64,000 bases of DNA from Anthoceros angustus (Eukaryota > Plantae > Anthocerotophyta): assembly GCA_010909165.1 (NCBI GenBank), contig MU008181.1:248001-312000 (forward strand), written 5' to 3'. Shown here one piece after another: positions 49,001 through 60,306 of this stretch. Under the pieces are notes generated by a model. It was not told the origin of the DNA, ran no database searches, and saw only the letters and a program-made list of their open reading frames with translations. The translations under genes were made by a program, and so were the position numbers. Within the stretch, counting starts at the first letter, position 1, and the number at the start of each line of letters is the position of its first letter.

Positions 49001-50615
49001 TTGACTGGTTGGTGCGACGTGGTGATATGTAGGACGTGAGCTCTAAGTGATGTGTGTGCATGACTGCAGGGAAGAAGGGGAAGGGAAAGCTGGTGGAAGG
49101 TGAAGGCCATGTCAGGAAGGAAGGCACAGATACTAGTGGAGAGAAGGAAGATGGAGGAAAGGTGGCAAACAGGGGGGCGTCACCGTCAAGTGATGCTGGA
49201 GGCAACGTAGATGGTGGGGAACCTGGATGTGGGAGCGGGAGCGCTGGAGAGATGGTGGGGAACCTGGATGTGGGAGCGGGAGCACTGGAGAGATGGTGGG
49301 GAACCTGGATGGATGAGAGAATGCGGGAGCGCATGCCGAATGCAATCTGGAAAACAACCGTGGCAGGTGGGCCGTTTGTGGAGGGGGAATGTGAATGTTC
49401 AGAGCCATTTTCTTGCAGACGCTGGAGTCGCCAAGATGCGTGGTGGACCGGTGATGGTCAATCGCAACAAAGATGGAATTGGTATTCCCACCTTTATAGC
49501 CTAGCATTTACAGGGTCCTTCGCCGTGAAAGTGGTGATTGAGGCGGATAGGTCTAGGAAGTTGTGGAGGAACCACGAAAACAATGGTGTTGGTCTCAAGA
49601 GTCACCAAGTGACGCAAGACGATGGCCATATCACTTGGAAGGCGTACATGTTTGTAGATAAAGCCAATTGCATCGGTGGCAACAAAGCCACGATCTTTGG
49701 GATAGAGGACGCTTGAACTATCCAAAATTCCAATTAATTTGTCAATAAAATCAAACACTTATATATGCAAGGTATGAGAGTGACGTAAGGGTTAGCACAT
49801 ATATTACTATATAAACAAGTCTTGACGCCTATATACATACATATACGTATACAAAGAGGCATATAAATACACTAATATAATATAAGTATAATGGATGGAT
49901 GTGTACATATATATGTACACATACTTACACATACTTATGTCTTGAAGCCTACAAACATATATATGTATACTGAGTATATGCAAAGGAGGTAAAATAGGAA
50001 GGAAGGAAGGGGGAGAGAGAGGTCATTGTAACAATCATGTTGAAAGAGGAATAGGGAAGAGTATAAAATGGTTGTGATAGGGGAGGTCCTTCTCACGGTC
50101 ATGATGGAGGAGGAGAAGTGAAAGAGTATAAAAGGGTGTGATAAGGGGGCAATAAATAGCGGGGTGAGGTGAGAGGAGAGAGACCAAGCATTGTGTTAAG
50201 ATGGGGTGAGAAGGTGGATAAGAAATTGACACCATGAACACCAAGCCACCATAAAGTGTTGCAATTTTGAAGTGGTACATGAAGTGAGAGACCAAGCATT
50301 GTGTTAGGATGGTGGGAGAAGGAAGAGAAAAATGGACCAACTTAACACCAAGCCATCAAACATGTTGCAAGTTGGAAGTGTTACATAAAATTGCAACACG
50401 ATGTAACAAGGCGGTGGGAAATTATTAAAATGCTTGTGAGAGGGTGTACCGGAAGGGTGAGGTGGGAAGAGAGTGCAGTTCGTGTTAAGATGGTCGCACC
50501 AAACGGGACAGAACTAACAAACTTAATACCAAGCCTCCAAAACATGTTGCAATGTGGAAGTGTAACAAAAAATTGCAACATCGACTGTAACATAGGGTGC
50601 CCTTTTCTAGTAGGG
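43073..50615. mobile_element. TIR DNA element with CCCTA-type ends (CMC/EnSpm-like), 7,543 bp, no recognisable transposase
   Basis: 30-bp TIRs CC(T/C)TACTAGAAAAGGGCACCCTATGTTACA with one mismatch; TSD ATG at 43070-43072 and 50616-50618; subterminal TGTTGCAA / TGTTACA motifs in both orientations at both ends. Excision restores the chromodomain frame DSATT-WEPEDFYLQFP. Confidence 0.92.
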
Positions 50616-50709
50616 ATGGGAACCCGAGGATTTCTATCTACAGTTCCCCCGTCTGCGCGCGCAGATTCCAGATGGCCAGGAGGACCCGGCCCCAGCAAGT
50701 GGGGGAGAA

Positions 50710-51020
50710 TGAAACGTGATGACGACAGGCCACTCAAGTCATCCGCCGAGGAACCGAAGCCGCAAATGTGGCACCCTAAACACTCATGGTTTTAGCAAAT
50801 ACCGGTGATACGAAATAATTAAACAGATACTAATTAAATAGATAAATGCCAGTATATAGGATATCCAGATAACTGAAAATTGTTATACCAGTAGAATCCC
50901 AAGAAGTAGGCGGGCAGGTTCAGCCTTCTTGACTGCCTGCACACATGTATTTATAGCGAATCCGAACATGAAGAGAACGTCCATTTTCCTGAAGCTGGAA
51001 CTCAGAGCTGCCCCGTAACA
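50710..51020 (+). repeat. 3' LTR (311 bp)
   Basis: It follows the PPT, matches the 5' LTR at both ends and is followed by TSD ACAGA. Confidence 0.95.
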
Positions 51021-51494
51021 ACAGACAAACCAAAGTCTGCTAGTATGACTTTGAGACGGCTAAGTAATAATATATTAGCCGGTTTCAAATCGCGATGCAT
51101 AACATTATGACTGTGGCAAAAATTGATTGCCTCCATTAGGTTAAACATAAGTATTTTTGCATCCTCTTCACAATAAGCTTCCCCTTTTTTTAGTTCATCC
51201 TTTAGTGTACCATAGGTACATAGCTCCATCACAATATAAATATGTTCAATATCCTCATGAACACTTTTGTGTTAATAATATGAGAATATTTTGGAAGAGA
51301 TCAAGAGTGTTGATCTCTCTACATATTGCATCATTTATGTCTTTAGATTTTTTCATAATTTTGCAGGCAAATATCTTTCCCGTATATTTGTCATAGCATT
51401 CATAGACTTTGGAAAAACCTCCTTCATCGATACATTTTCCACATATGTATCTTTCTTGAAACATTCTCGCTTCAATTTTCATTGTGGACTCCAT
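51021..51494 (-). pseudogene. Ser/Thr protein kinase, N-terminal half (subdomains I-VII), AT-rich and intronless
   Basis: MESTMK..YICGKCIDEGGFSKVYECYDKYTGKIFACKIMKK..REI..HEDIEHIYIVMELCTYG..NFCHSHNVMHRDLKPANILL..VILADFGLSV. A net frameshift lies near 51270-51290, in homopolymer context. Confidence 0.88.
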
Positions 51495-51524
51495 AATTTT
51501 AAAGATAAATAAATAGGAGTATTT

Positions 51525-51710
51525 CTTTCGGTTTAGGTCCCGCCCTTTGGGTAATTAACGTGCCCTCTAGGGAAACCTGTAGGGAACAAGTAGAGAGAAT
51601 GAATTCGTTAACACACACATGAGTATACATGCATAAACTCATCCCCCTATAAAGGAGAACATCAATCTTCATTGAACAAACCTTAACAACCGTAGATCAC
51701 ACGATTATTA
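51525..51710. repeat. ~235-bp tandem array, left part (one unit cut by the CACTA insertion)
   Basis: ggtttaggtcccgccctttgggtaattaacgtgccctctagggaaacctgtaggg...ccttaacaaccgtagatcacacgattatta has the same structure as the units at 60307-61555. Confidence 0.92.
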
Positions 51711-51944
51711 CACTACTACAATGCAAGGGCCTTTAAGACGTGGCCTATTTGACGCATGATCCTTGCGTCTTTCTCTTGTCTTTCTCATTTGACGTCCACC
51801 AGGTCGAATGACGCGCTACCTCATCCGTGCATTTTGGTTGCAAGTCGGGTTGGTATTTTTTGATGCAGTGCTCATAGGCTTCACGAAAGGTAAAGCACAT
51901 TTTGTGTGACCACTTGCCGTAAGCGAGAATGGGCTTGTACCGGG

Positions 51945-54900
51945 GCGATGCCCGTTCACCATAATAAACCTGTGCCCACACCGGTTCCGCAACTGGACGG
52001 TGGCTTTGCGGTGCATTCGGTGCCACATCGAGGATCCGGACCGTCGGCTTGGCGCACACGCCCGGTGAAGAGGCCGGGCATATCCGTTGGTCGATGCATT
52101 TGCGGTCGTCGGGAGAAGGGCACTTAGCGAGGGCAGCCCCTATTTTTGCACCGTGTTTGTCACCGCAAGCCATGGAAGGCCCAATCCGAGACAGTGATTC
52201 TGCGCATGTATTGTCCCCCGAGTGCGAACCCTTCCAGACGAGACAGCGGGCGACGTTTCCAGGCGCCATGTCCAAAGTTGGCTTACATTTCTTCGATCGC
52301 GGTACGCAATCATTCTCCCAAATTGCCCGAATTGGATTGAATCAAATCTTGGGCGTCGATCTCTTCTAACTATTGCTGCTCTCACACATAACATGTCGCA
52401 CGCAGGTTTAGCTTTCGGGGCGTCGCTATCCGAAGACAGCCGGATGTCGCGCTTGCGCAACAAGGGTTGGTCCCGTTCCACCAGCCATTGGCGATGGGGG
52501 CTCCCTCTCAAGATCCGGAGCCCGCAATTCACCACCGAGCGCGAGGAGTCGATCCACCACCGGGCCGGACTATACCTTGGTTGCTGGTGTTGATGACCGG
52601 AAGGCATCCTCAACGCCCTTGCCACCACACCCTGGAAGGTCGAGGCTGCATGTGAGAGCACAGACAGAGCTCTCGCCACTCTTGCTTTGCTCAATTTCCA
52701 GGACAGGTTTGCCATATCGGATACCGCAATGATCGCTCTCTTTGAGATGGCTTCCGGAATTCTGTTGCCGCCCAATTCCATGCCAGCCTCTCGGCAAGCA
52801 AAAGATCATGCTGCAGGTGGGTCACAGTTATCATCGTGTGGACGCTGCGTCGATGCTGCTGTATTTTCTGGGTGATTTGGTCAAGAGCTTGAGTGTCCCG
52901 GTGTGGGGAACCACGGCATGCTCCATCCGCGCCACGGAGCAAGCCTGTGGCACGCAAAACACTTTTATTTTCCACTTGTGGAAAGACTTCGCGAATGTTC
53001 ATGTGCCCACGTCTTGCCCAGCTAATGTCCGGCATCTCACCGCCCAAGCAGATCATACATTGCGCATTGGCGACACACCGGCGAGCTCTAGATGCCCAGG
53101 ACAATTTCGGGATGGATGCAACATTCGGCTTGGCATTTCTACCGATGGCCTCAATCCTGGCGGCCACCGGTCCCGCTCTTACTCCATATGGCCTGCTGCA
53201 AATCCACAATCTTCCACCGTGGATGTCAACAAAAGACTTGCATTCTCATGCCGCTTATTATCCGGGCCCCTCCGGTGAGCAATATGGATATCTACCTACA
53301 ACCCTTGCTCGAAGAACTAGCTTTGTGGAAGGTGTCCCAATAGAGATAGTTCACGGGCAATTCTCGACCCATCCAGAAACTTCACATTGCGGGCGGGGCT
53401 TTTAACGGCCACATGTGACTACCCAGCCTCGGCAATTTATGGGGACTCGGTGAGAGGTTACAGTGTGGATTGTGGAAGGAATTGCAACCCGCTGGTCGAG
53501 TCCCCGAACAAGCTGGTGTATGAGGGCCACCGCCATTGGTGTCCCTCCCTAGACCGCCGTAGGTATGAACTGGCGATGCCCGTTCACCATAATAAACCTG
53601 TGCCCACACACCGGTTCCGCAACTGGACGGTGGCTTTGCGGTGCATTCGGTGCCACAGCGGATCCGGACCGTCGGCTTGGCGCCACGCTCGGTGAAGAGG
53701 CCGGGCATATCCGTTGGTCGATGCATTTGCGGTCGATCGGGAGAAGGGCACTTAGCGAGGGCAGCCCCTATTTTTGCACCGTGTTTGTCACCGCAAGCCA
53801 TGGAAGGCCCAATCCGAGACAGGCAGATTCTGCGCATGTATTGTCCCCCGAGTGCGAACCCTTCCAGACGAGACAGCGGGGCGTTTCCAGGCGCCATGTC
53901 CAAAGTTGGCTTACATTTCTTCGATCGCGGTACGCAATCATTCTCCCAAATTGCCCGAATTGGATTGAATCAAATCTTGGGTCGATCTCTTCTAACTATT
54001 GCTGCTCTCACACATAACATATGTACGCAGGTTTAGCTTCAGGGTCGCTATCCGAAGGCGGTAGGATGTCGCGCTTGCGCAACAAGGGTTGGTCCCGTTC
54101 CACCAGCCATTGGCGATGGGGGCTCCTCTCAAGATCCGGAGCCCGCAATTCACCACCGAGCGAGTCGATCCACCACCAGGCGGACTATACCTTGGTTGCT
54201 GGTGTTGATGACCGGAAGGCATCCCTCAACGCCCTTGCCACCACACCCCTCTGGAAGGTCGAGGCTGCATGTGAGAGCACAGACAGAGCTCTCGCCACTC
54301 TTGCTTTGCTCAATTTCCAGGACAGGTTTGCCATATCAGATACCAATGATCGCTCTCTTTGAGATGGCTTCCGAATTCTGTTGCCGCCCAATTCCATGCC
54401 AGCCTCTCGGCAAGCAAAAAGATCATGCTGCAGGTGGGTCACAGTTATCATCGTGTGGGCGCTGCGTCGATGCTGCTGTATTTTCTGGGTGATTTGGTGA
54501 AGAGCTTGAGTGTCCCGGTGTGGGGAACCACGGCATGCTCCATCCGCGCCACGGAGCAAGCCTGTACGCAAAACACTTTTATTTTCCACTTGTGGAAAGA
54601 CTTGGCGAATGTTCATGTGCCCACGTCTTGCCCAGCTAATGTCCTGGCATCTCACCGCCCGGCACGGATCATACATTGCGCATTGCGCTGACACCTGGCG
54701 AGCTCTAGATGCCCAGGACAATTTCGGGATGGACAGCCGCAACATTCGCAGCATTTCTACCGATGGCCTCAATCCTGGCGGCCACCGGTCCTGCTCTTAC
54801 TCCATATGGCCTGTTCTGCTGCAAATCCACAATCTTCCACCGTGGATGTCAACAAAAAGACTTGCATTCTCATGCCGCTTATTATCCGGGCCCCTCCGGT

Positions 54901-55205
54901 GAGCAATATGGATATCTACCTACAACCCTTGCTCGAAGAACTAGCTTTCTTTGTGGAAGGGTGTCCCGGAGATAGTTCACGGGCAATTCTCGACCCATCC
55001 AGAAACTTCACATTGCGGGCGGGGCTTTTAACGGCCACATGTGACTACCCAGCCTCGGCAATTTATGGGGACTCGGTGAGAGGTTACAGTGTGGATTGTG
55101 GAAGGAATTGCAACCCGTTGGTCGAGTCCCCGAACAAGCTGGTGTATGAGGGCCACCGCCATTGGTGTCCCTCCCTAGACCGCCGTAGGTATGAACTGCG
55201 ATGCC
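51945..55205 (+). repeat. Tandem duplication of ~1.63 kb inside the CACTA element
   Basis: The copies are 51945-53572 and 53573-55197. The 8-mer GCGATGCC sits at the start (51945), the junction (53573) and just after the end (55198). Confidence 0.92.
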
Positions 55206-56864
55206 TTCAACAACACCCACGAAACAAGAGGCCGGCCCGTCCCACACACCGTGAAGTTGTTGCCCGGATGGAGCGCGGCCGAGGATGACGCGACCGCGGC
55301 CGCTGCGTTGAGTGGGCGTGAAGCGGCCTTCAGCCTTTTTTACATATCTGCCATACCTCGAGGTACACTCATCCTTCACTGTCATGCTACGTTTAGCGAA
55401 CCCGCTAACGTGTCCACGTCATTGGGCTTGAAGCAAATCTGGTTGCCTTGCACAGAATCTCCACAAGCTATGGACAAAGGACGTCATGCATGTTGAGGTA
55501 AACAATGCCCAAGCATTGTGGAAGGTGATTACGGGGAAATGGGACATTTTGAAGTGCAGGCAGGACCTTGAAGAAAACGATTCTAAGCTCGCTATGGCCT
55601 GTGGAAGGAGAGGGTATCGACAACCAGCTCCCTCAGGCATTATATGTTATGGAGAATATTGACGCAGTTAAATTCGATCTTGCCAATATTAGGCCACCAA
55701 CCGGCTTCTGCTCAAACCTCAGTTGGTGCTTCTCGGGAGCGAAAGTGACAGACTCAAAAGCCAGCATATCCGCCGCAGATGCTCCCAATAGCATTACGCG
55801 GCCGTCTTGATGGAGAGGAGTACAAGGCCGTGACTAGCTTGAGCGCATTATGCAGTGGTTGTGTCAAGGTCATACCCATTTCAAATCCCTATCATGCGAC
55901 GACATGCCATCCATACCCTAATTTCATTGGGCGGGTTATGCCACCTACCTTACGGAACATCATGCAACATTTGGTAATCCATCTAGTCGACGAAGTCGAG
56001 ACACATGGCACGGTTTATCGTTGGATGTATCCTATGGAGCGCTACATGTTAGTGTTGAAGACACATGTTCGACAACGTGCAAGACCCGAGGGAAGCATGG
56101 CCTCGGTTACATGGCTATGGAAGCGATGCATTTCGCATCGGAGTACCTTGCCGCCATCCACCACGCCATGCACATCTTTATGGCGTCGCCTCACGGAAAC
56201 AGTGAACAACCCATTGGGCAAGCCGGATGGTCACGCTCTCGACTTATGATCACTTGCGGCTCCACGGTATCTACTCCAACATTCGAAACATTAGAGCCTT
56301 GTCACAAGCATTTGATGCACATGTCCAAGACAAGGACTTCAAGACATGGTTGAGGGAGACATCGGTGACGTGAATGGGATCACATGCCCAACTCGGTGAT
56401 TGCTGCAATTGCCAACGGGCCACGTTTGAAAGTAAAGTCCTATCGTGGCTTGGATTCTCATGGCTATCACTACCGGACTATTGAGGCGGATGAAAATCGG
56501 AAGCGACACGGGACTCATGGGTTTACGGACGATTTCACATTACCGCCAAGTATCGGCTTCAGAGTATTACGGCCGCATCCGCAGAATTCTAGATGTACAG
56601 TGCGATGGAGGGGACGTTCGGTTTTTCATCTTCGATGTGGAGTGGTATGAATGTGACATCAACCGAGAGCCACCATCGTTGAAGCGGGATTTCAGTGGGT
56701 TCCATGTTGTGGACACGAGACGGCCTTACCGTTATCATCGCGATGCCCGAAGTGGGCCATTCACATTTCCTGCACATTTGAAGCAGGTCTTGGCACATCC
56801 GATGTCATGCCCGCAAAAGTGGATGATCGCACACCAATTCTCCCAAAATCGATGGGCGGAGTGA
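52300..56864 (+). pseudogene. CACTA TnpD-like transposase (Transposase_21, DUF4218 and DUF4216-like regions), frameshifted, 5' part duplicated
   Basis: NIRLGISTDGLNP..SYSIWPVLLQIHNLPPW..MDIYLQPLLEEL..FTLRAGLLTATCDYPA..YEGHRHW; IMQHLVIHLVDEV..YRWMYPMERYMLVLKTHVRQRARPEGSMA; YYGRIRRIL..FDVEWY. Confidence 0.9.
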
Positions 56865-56959
56865 ATTCAACTTTTAATTATTCGGACATTACAGGAGTTT
56901 GATAGCCTCGAGCTTGCTTCCAACACTCTCTACACATCGACCGTGTCCGAGCAAATTGC

Positions 56960-57706
56960 TTAAACAGAAAAATGCTTGTAGCTATGCGTGCCCTTTCCAC
57001 TAGCCATATGTCGCATCTGTCTGAAGAGCATGTCCGTTTTGTCTAACACGTTCAATATCCACAGTCGATCAAGTTCAGATGTCATGCCCGGTGGAACCAA
57101 CAACAATCTGCTTGCAAGCCACACCCTCGAGCTTTTCAAGACATCTAGGAACTCGCCAGCAATGCTTACTCCTTTCTGCAATGCCTTGCCAGCCCACATC
57201 TTTGTGTCCTCCACCGCAAGATTTTCAATCCCTACATGGAGTCGGAGTGCTCCCAGACGCCGACCCAACTCAGACTTCAGCTCCAACTGGAATGTTGTGA
57301 GCGGCATTGGCACACTTATTCCTAAAACCTTGTCAAGTTCAAGCTTTAGAGCTATGGCAGACTTCAACCTCAAAGTGACGTCGTCGCGGCTTAGTGTTCC
57401 AGGACGCGTATTCTCAAACTCAGCTCCCAATCTGACAAGCCAAACTTCATTTGCCTCCCAATTTTCAACGAGCCTCTTGCCCTGGGCCTGGTCCTTTTTC
57501 TTATCCGAATCCGCCTGTGAAATTGCCTGCACCTTGTCTTCATGTTCAAGCGAGCGAGGAACCCGAAGCCGCTGCCATCTGCCACCACCTCTCTGGATGG
57601 CTATGTGAAGGTGCAGACCAGCTGTTTGAACGGCGGATGCTACCAGAGCTTTCGCACCAGGCTTTGTTTCAGGCTGGCTCTCCATTGCCCTCCACATAAG
57701 TTGCAC
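56960..57706 (-). CDS. Uninterrupted 248-codon ORF of unknown function, convergent with the transposase inside the CACTA
   Basis: A stop-free helical-looking protein (VTLRLKSAIALKLELDKVLG..FQLELKSELGRRLGAL..FLDVLKSSRVWLASRLL) lies within an element whose other ORFs are fragmented. No family was recognised. Confidence 0.4.
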   Translation of the reverse strand: MQLMWRAMESQPETKPGAKALVASAVQTAGLHLHIAIQRGGGRWQRLRVPRSLEHEDKVQAISQADSDKKKDQAQGKRLVENWEANEVWLVRLGAEFENTRPGTLSRDDVTLRLKSAIALKLELDKVLGISVPMPLTTFQLELKSELGRRLGALRLHVGIENLAVEDTKMWAGKALQKGVSIAGEFLDVLKSSRVWLASRLLLVPPGMTSELDRLWILNVLDKTDMLFRQMRHMASGKGTHSYKHFSV

Positions 57707-60306
57707 CAGCCACGAGCTTCATAAGCTGAAGGTGTGGCCCGCATTAGCAGCAACGGCTATCACAAATTTACGCCACGGGTATCCGTATTCACAATGAGAA
57801 TGGCGGCGGTGGCGTTGGCGGTGACATGTTGTGAGCTGCCTTCACGATGACGGTATGCTCACGCCAGAACTCCGGAGTAAGCCTACGTCTGGAAGGCGCG
57901 TGCCAGATGCAGAACCGGTCGTAATCCATGCCATGCCTGGACGTGAAGATAGGGGTGGGGGCGCCAATGTCATTGTCCGGACAACATCCGATGAGGGAGC
58001 GTGTAAATGGATTACAATTTGAAATTGCGGCGGGAAGAAGGCAATGGAGCTGGGCATGACGTCATGCTCGACTGGCAAGTTTGATGGGAAAATGTGCCGC
58101 CGCTCTATTGCCAATCTATGGAGGAGATCAGATGTGACAAGCCTGCCAAATTTTCTTTGCCCTGCACAACGACGGCATGTCGAAATGGCGCGAGATTGGG
58201 GGTGGGATGGTGACATGGGTACCCCCGATCGAAGACAATAATTTTGACAGCGAAGGAGAGGAGGTCCTTGGCCAGGAACATTTAGACGAGCTTGAACATG
58301 TGGCTACCGCGAGAGGAGCAACTGTCCAAGACTTTGGACAACACGAGGAGGGACCGAGCAGAGCAGATGTAGGGGATAGGCTGGCGGCCGAAGTGGCCGC
58401 TCTGGAAAAATGGGCTTCTCGATATGCAGAAGTTGGCGGTATTGTCATGGGCACCGAGGCACGCTTGATCTTTGTCGCAAAAGCGAAGGGAGACCAGTGC
58501 AGACGGTTGTCGAGCTCTCATTCACCAGCATGGGAGGGATGTGGTTGAAGCTGAAATCAAGAGGCAAGCAAACCTTGGGCGGAGAAGTCACAGAGGTGCC
58601 ACACGCCTGCTTTGGAGGGTTGGAGGGAGAGGAGAAAGCTTCTTTCCAAAGACGCATGAACGAGCTTGTAGTAACGCCGGTGGCATTGGGGTGTCATGGA
58701 CTCAGCAGTGTGGATGTGCGACGACAACTTGTGGAGTTGATGGCGTGAGTACCCAAGAGCCACAAACTGGATTGGATTCGTGCAAGTTTGTGAGGAGCGA
58801 TCGGGAGGAATCATTATGTGATGAAGAGGGTAAGAGAGGTGCGAGGAAACCGAAACAACGGAGATACAACAAGCGTGATGCAGGAATGTTACTAAGCCCA
58901 ATTTCAAGCCCCGTAGAAGCTGGCCCAAGAGTGGCTAGATGTGGGGAACATGGCGTGAAACAACAACACAAAGGCGCTCGAGGCCCGCATTGCGAAGCAT
59001 GGTACAATGGGCACAAATAAATATGGTCGAAAGGGAAGATGGCATCTAGGAATGAAGAGATGGAGTCGAGTGGGTAGGGGGTTTGTCAGGAGATCAAGTG
59101 GTGAGTTGGACAAATGTAAATAAGATGCAGCCTGTGATTTGATCTACACTCAATTAACGGCGTTTGTGGGTGCTATGCGGTGGGGTTGAACTGCTCGAAC
59201 CACACAATGTGGAGGGGCCAGAATTAACAATGCGAGGCATATCAAGAATGGGGCTGAAGTTTCGGAGAGGACACCTCAAGGCACAAATTTGCGGGATATG
59301 GACATGGTGTTGTCCTCCCAACCAAGCCAACCGCCCACAAACAGGAGGATCATCACACGAAAATACATGAAGCGAAAGTCGGTTAGTCTTTGGATGAGGC
59401 GCTTCTAGGTTGCTTGAATTTGTATGTCATGAGTTGCTATAATTCCGGGCATGTGATTCCACCGAGGTGGGATTATGTTTGCATCTTGATGCGCCTTCAC
59501 GCCGGAGAGCACGAGCTCTCGATGATAGATCATGGGGATGATAGCCAAACAAAAGTGCCCTCGGCGAATGGAACAGTGCGGTGAAGGAGAAGAGGCGAAG
59601 CAACGGCGGTGCAAGCATGCTATGTGAAGGAGAAGAGGCGGCTTCCCCACCTTCAATTCACGCATCCCGTCTGGCGTAGGTCTAGCGGCAATTCGGTTGT
59701 CGAATCGCCAATTTGTTGCGAGATTATAGAAACTCATTAGGTGTAAGCGAAAGTCGGGATGACACGTCGTTGACCATACAGGATATTATATTATTATCCT
59801 AATATATTGAAATTACACGCACGATTCAAATCCAAACTCACGTCGGCGTGTAACCATGTGGCACGTCGAGCGTGTAACCATGTGGCGGTTGCATTGCATC
59901 GATGTGTGAAGGTCGTGCGTGAGCGTGGCGATCGTATACCACAGCAAAAGCATGGGGCGTCTTTACGCGTACGCATCACAACAAACCCCTATTACGGTAG
60001 GGATGCGGGTGGGCGGCGTGTCCGTGCGGACATGCCTTCGCTTCGGGAATATTTGCCCGCTACCAGCTGGACGGGAAGATTGGGCACCGAATCCGCCCGA
60101 GATGGTAATTCGTCGTGGCGGGTGTATGTTCGCGACGCGACTCGTCATGGGTTACGATAACTCATTCTCCACGTCAAACAGCGATTAGCACTAACAAAGA
60201 CGCAAGATTGACACGGTGGGCTCACCACCGGTGCGTCAAATGGCACACGGAGGCATCAAATCGGCGTTATTAAACACGTCTTATAACGGCCTGCATTGTA
60301 GTAGTG

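Larger units (their letters stand above)
37552..51020 (+). mobile_element. Ty3/Gypsy chromovirus, both LTRs present, 13,469 bp including a nested 7.5-kb insert
   Basis: TG..CA LTRs at 37552-37861 and 50710-51020; TSD ACAGA at 37547-37551 and 51021-51025; PBS TGGTGTCAGAGCC at 37866; PPT GGGGGAGAA at 50701-50709; gag, LLDSGASH protease, RT, RNase H, integrase and chromodomain in Gypsy order. Confidence 0.97.
51711..60306 (+). mobile_element. CACTA (En/Spm) DNA transposon with both termini, 8,596 bp
   Basis: TIR CACTACTACAATGCA is perfect over 15 bp and similar to ~30 bp; TSD TTA at 51708-51710 and 60307-60309; subterminal ATTTGACGCA / CTTGCGTCTTT motifs are shared by both ends; transposase remnants lie inside. 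Confidence 0.96.

Noticed and set aside
49640-49700. WLCCHRCNWLYLQTC as a PHD-finger half
   Set aside because: It lacks the conserved His and Trp, has no first half of the finger, and lies in a short frame.
43073-50615. Initially read as an unusually long 3' extra region belonging to the Gypsy element
   Set aside because: TIRs, the ATG TSD and in-frame restoration of the chromodomain show it is a separate nested insertion.
51745-52275. 176-aa Cys-containing minus-strand ORF at the CACTA left end
   Set aside because: It overlaps the transposase 5' region in antisense, and the duplicated copy (53382-53903) is frameshifted relative to it. No family was recognised.
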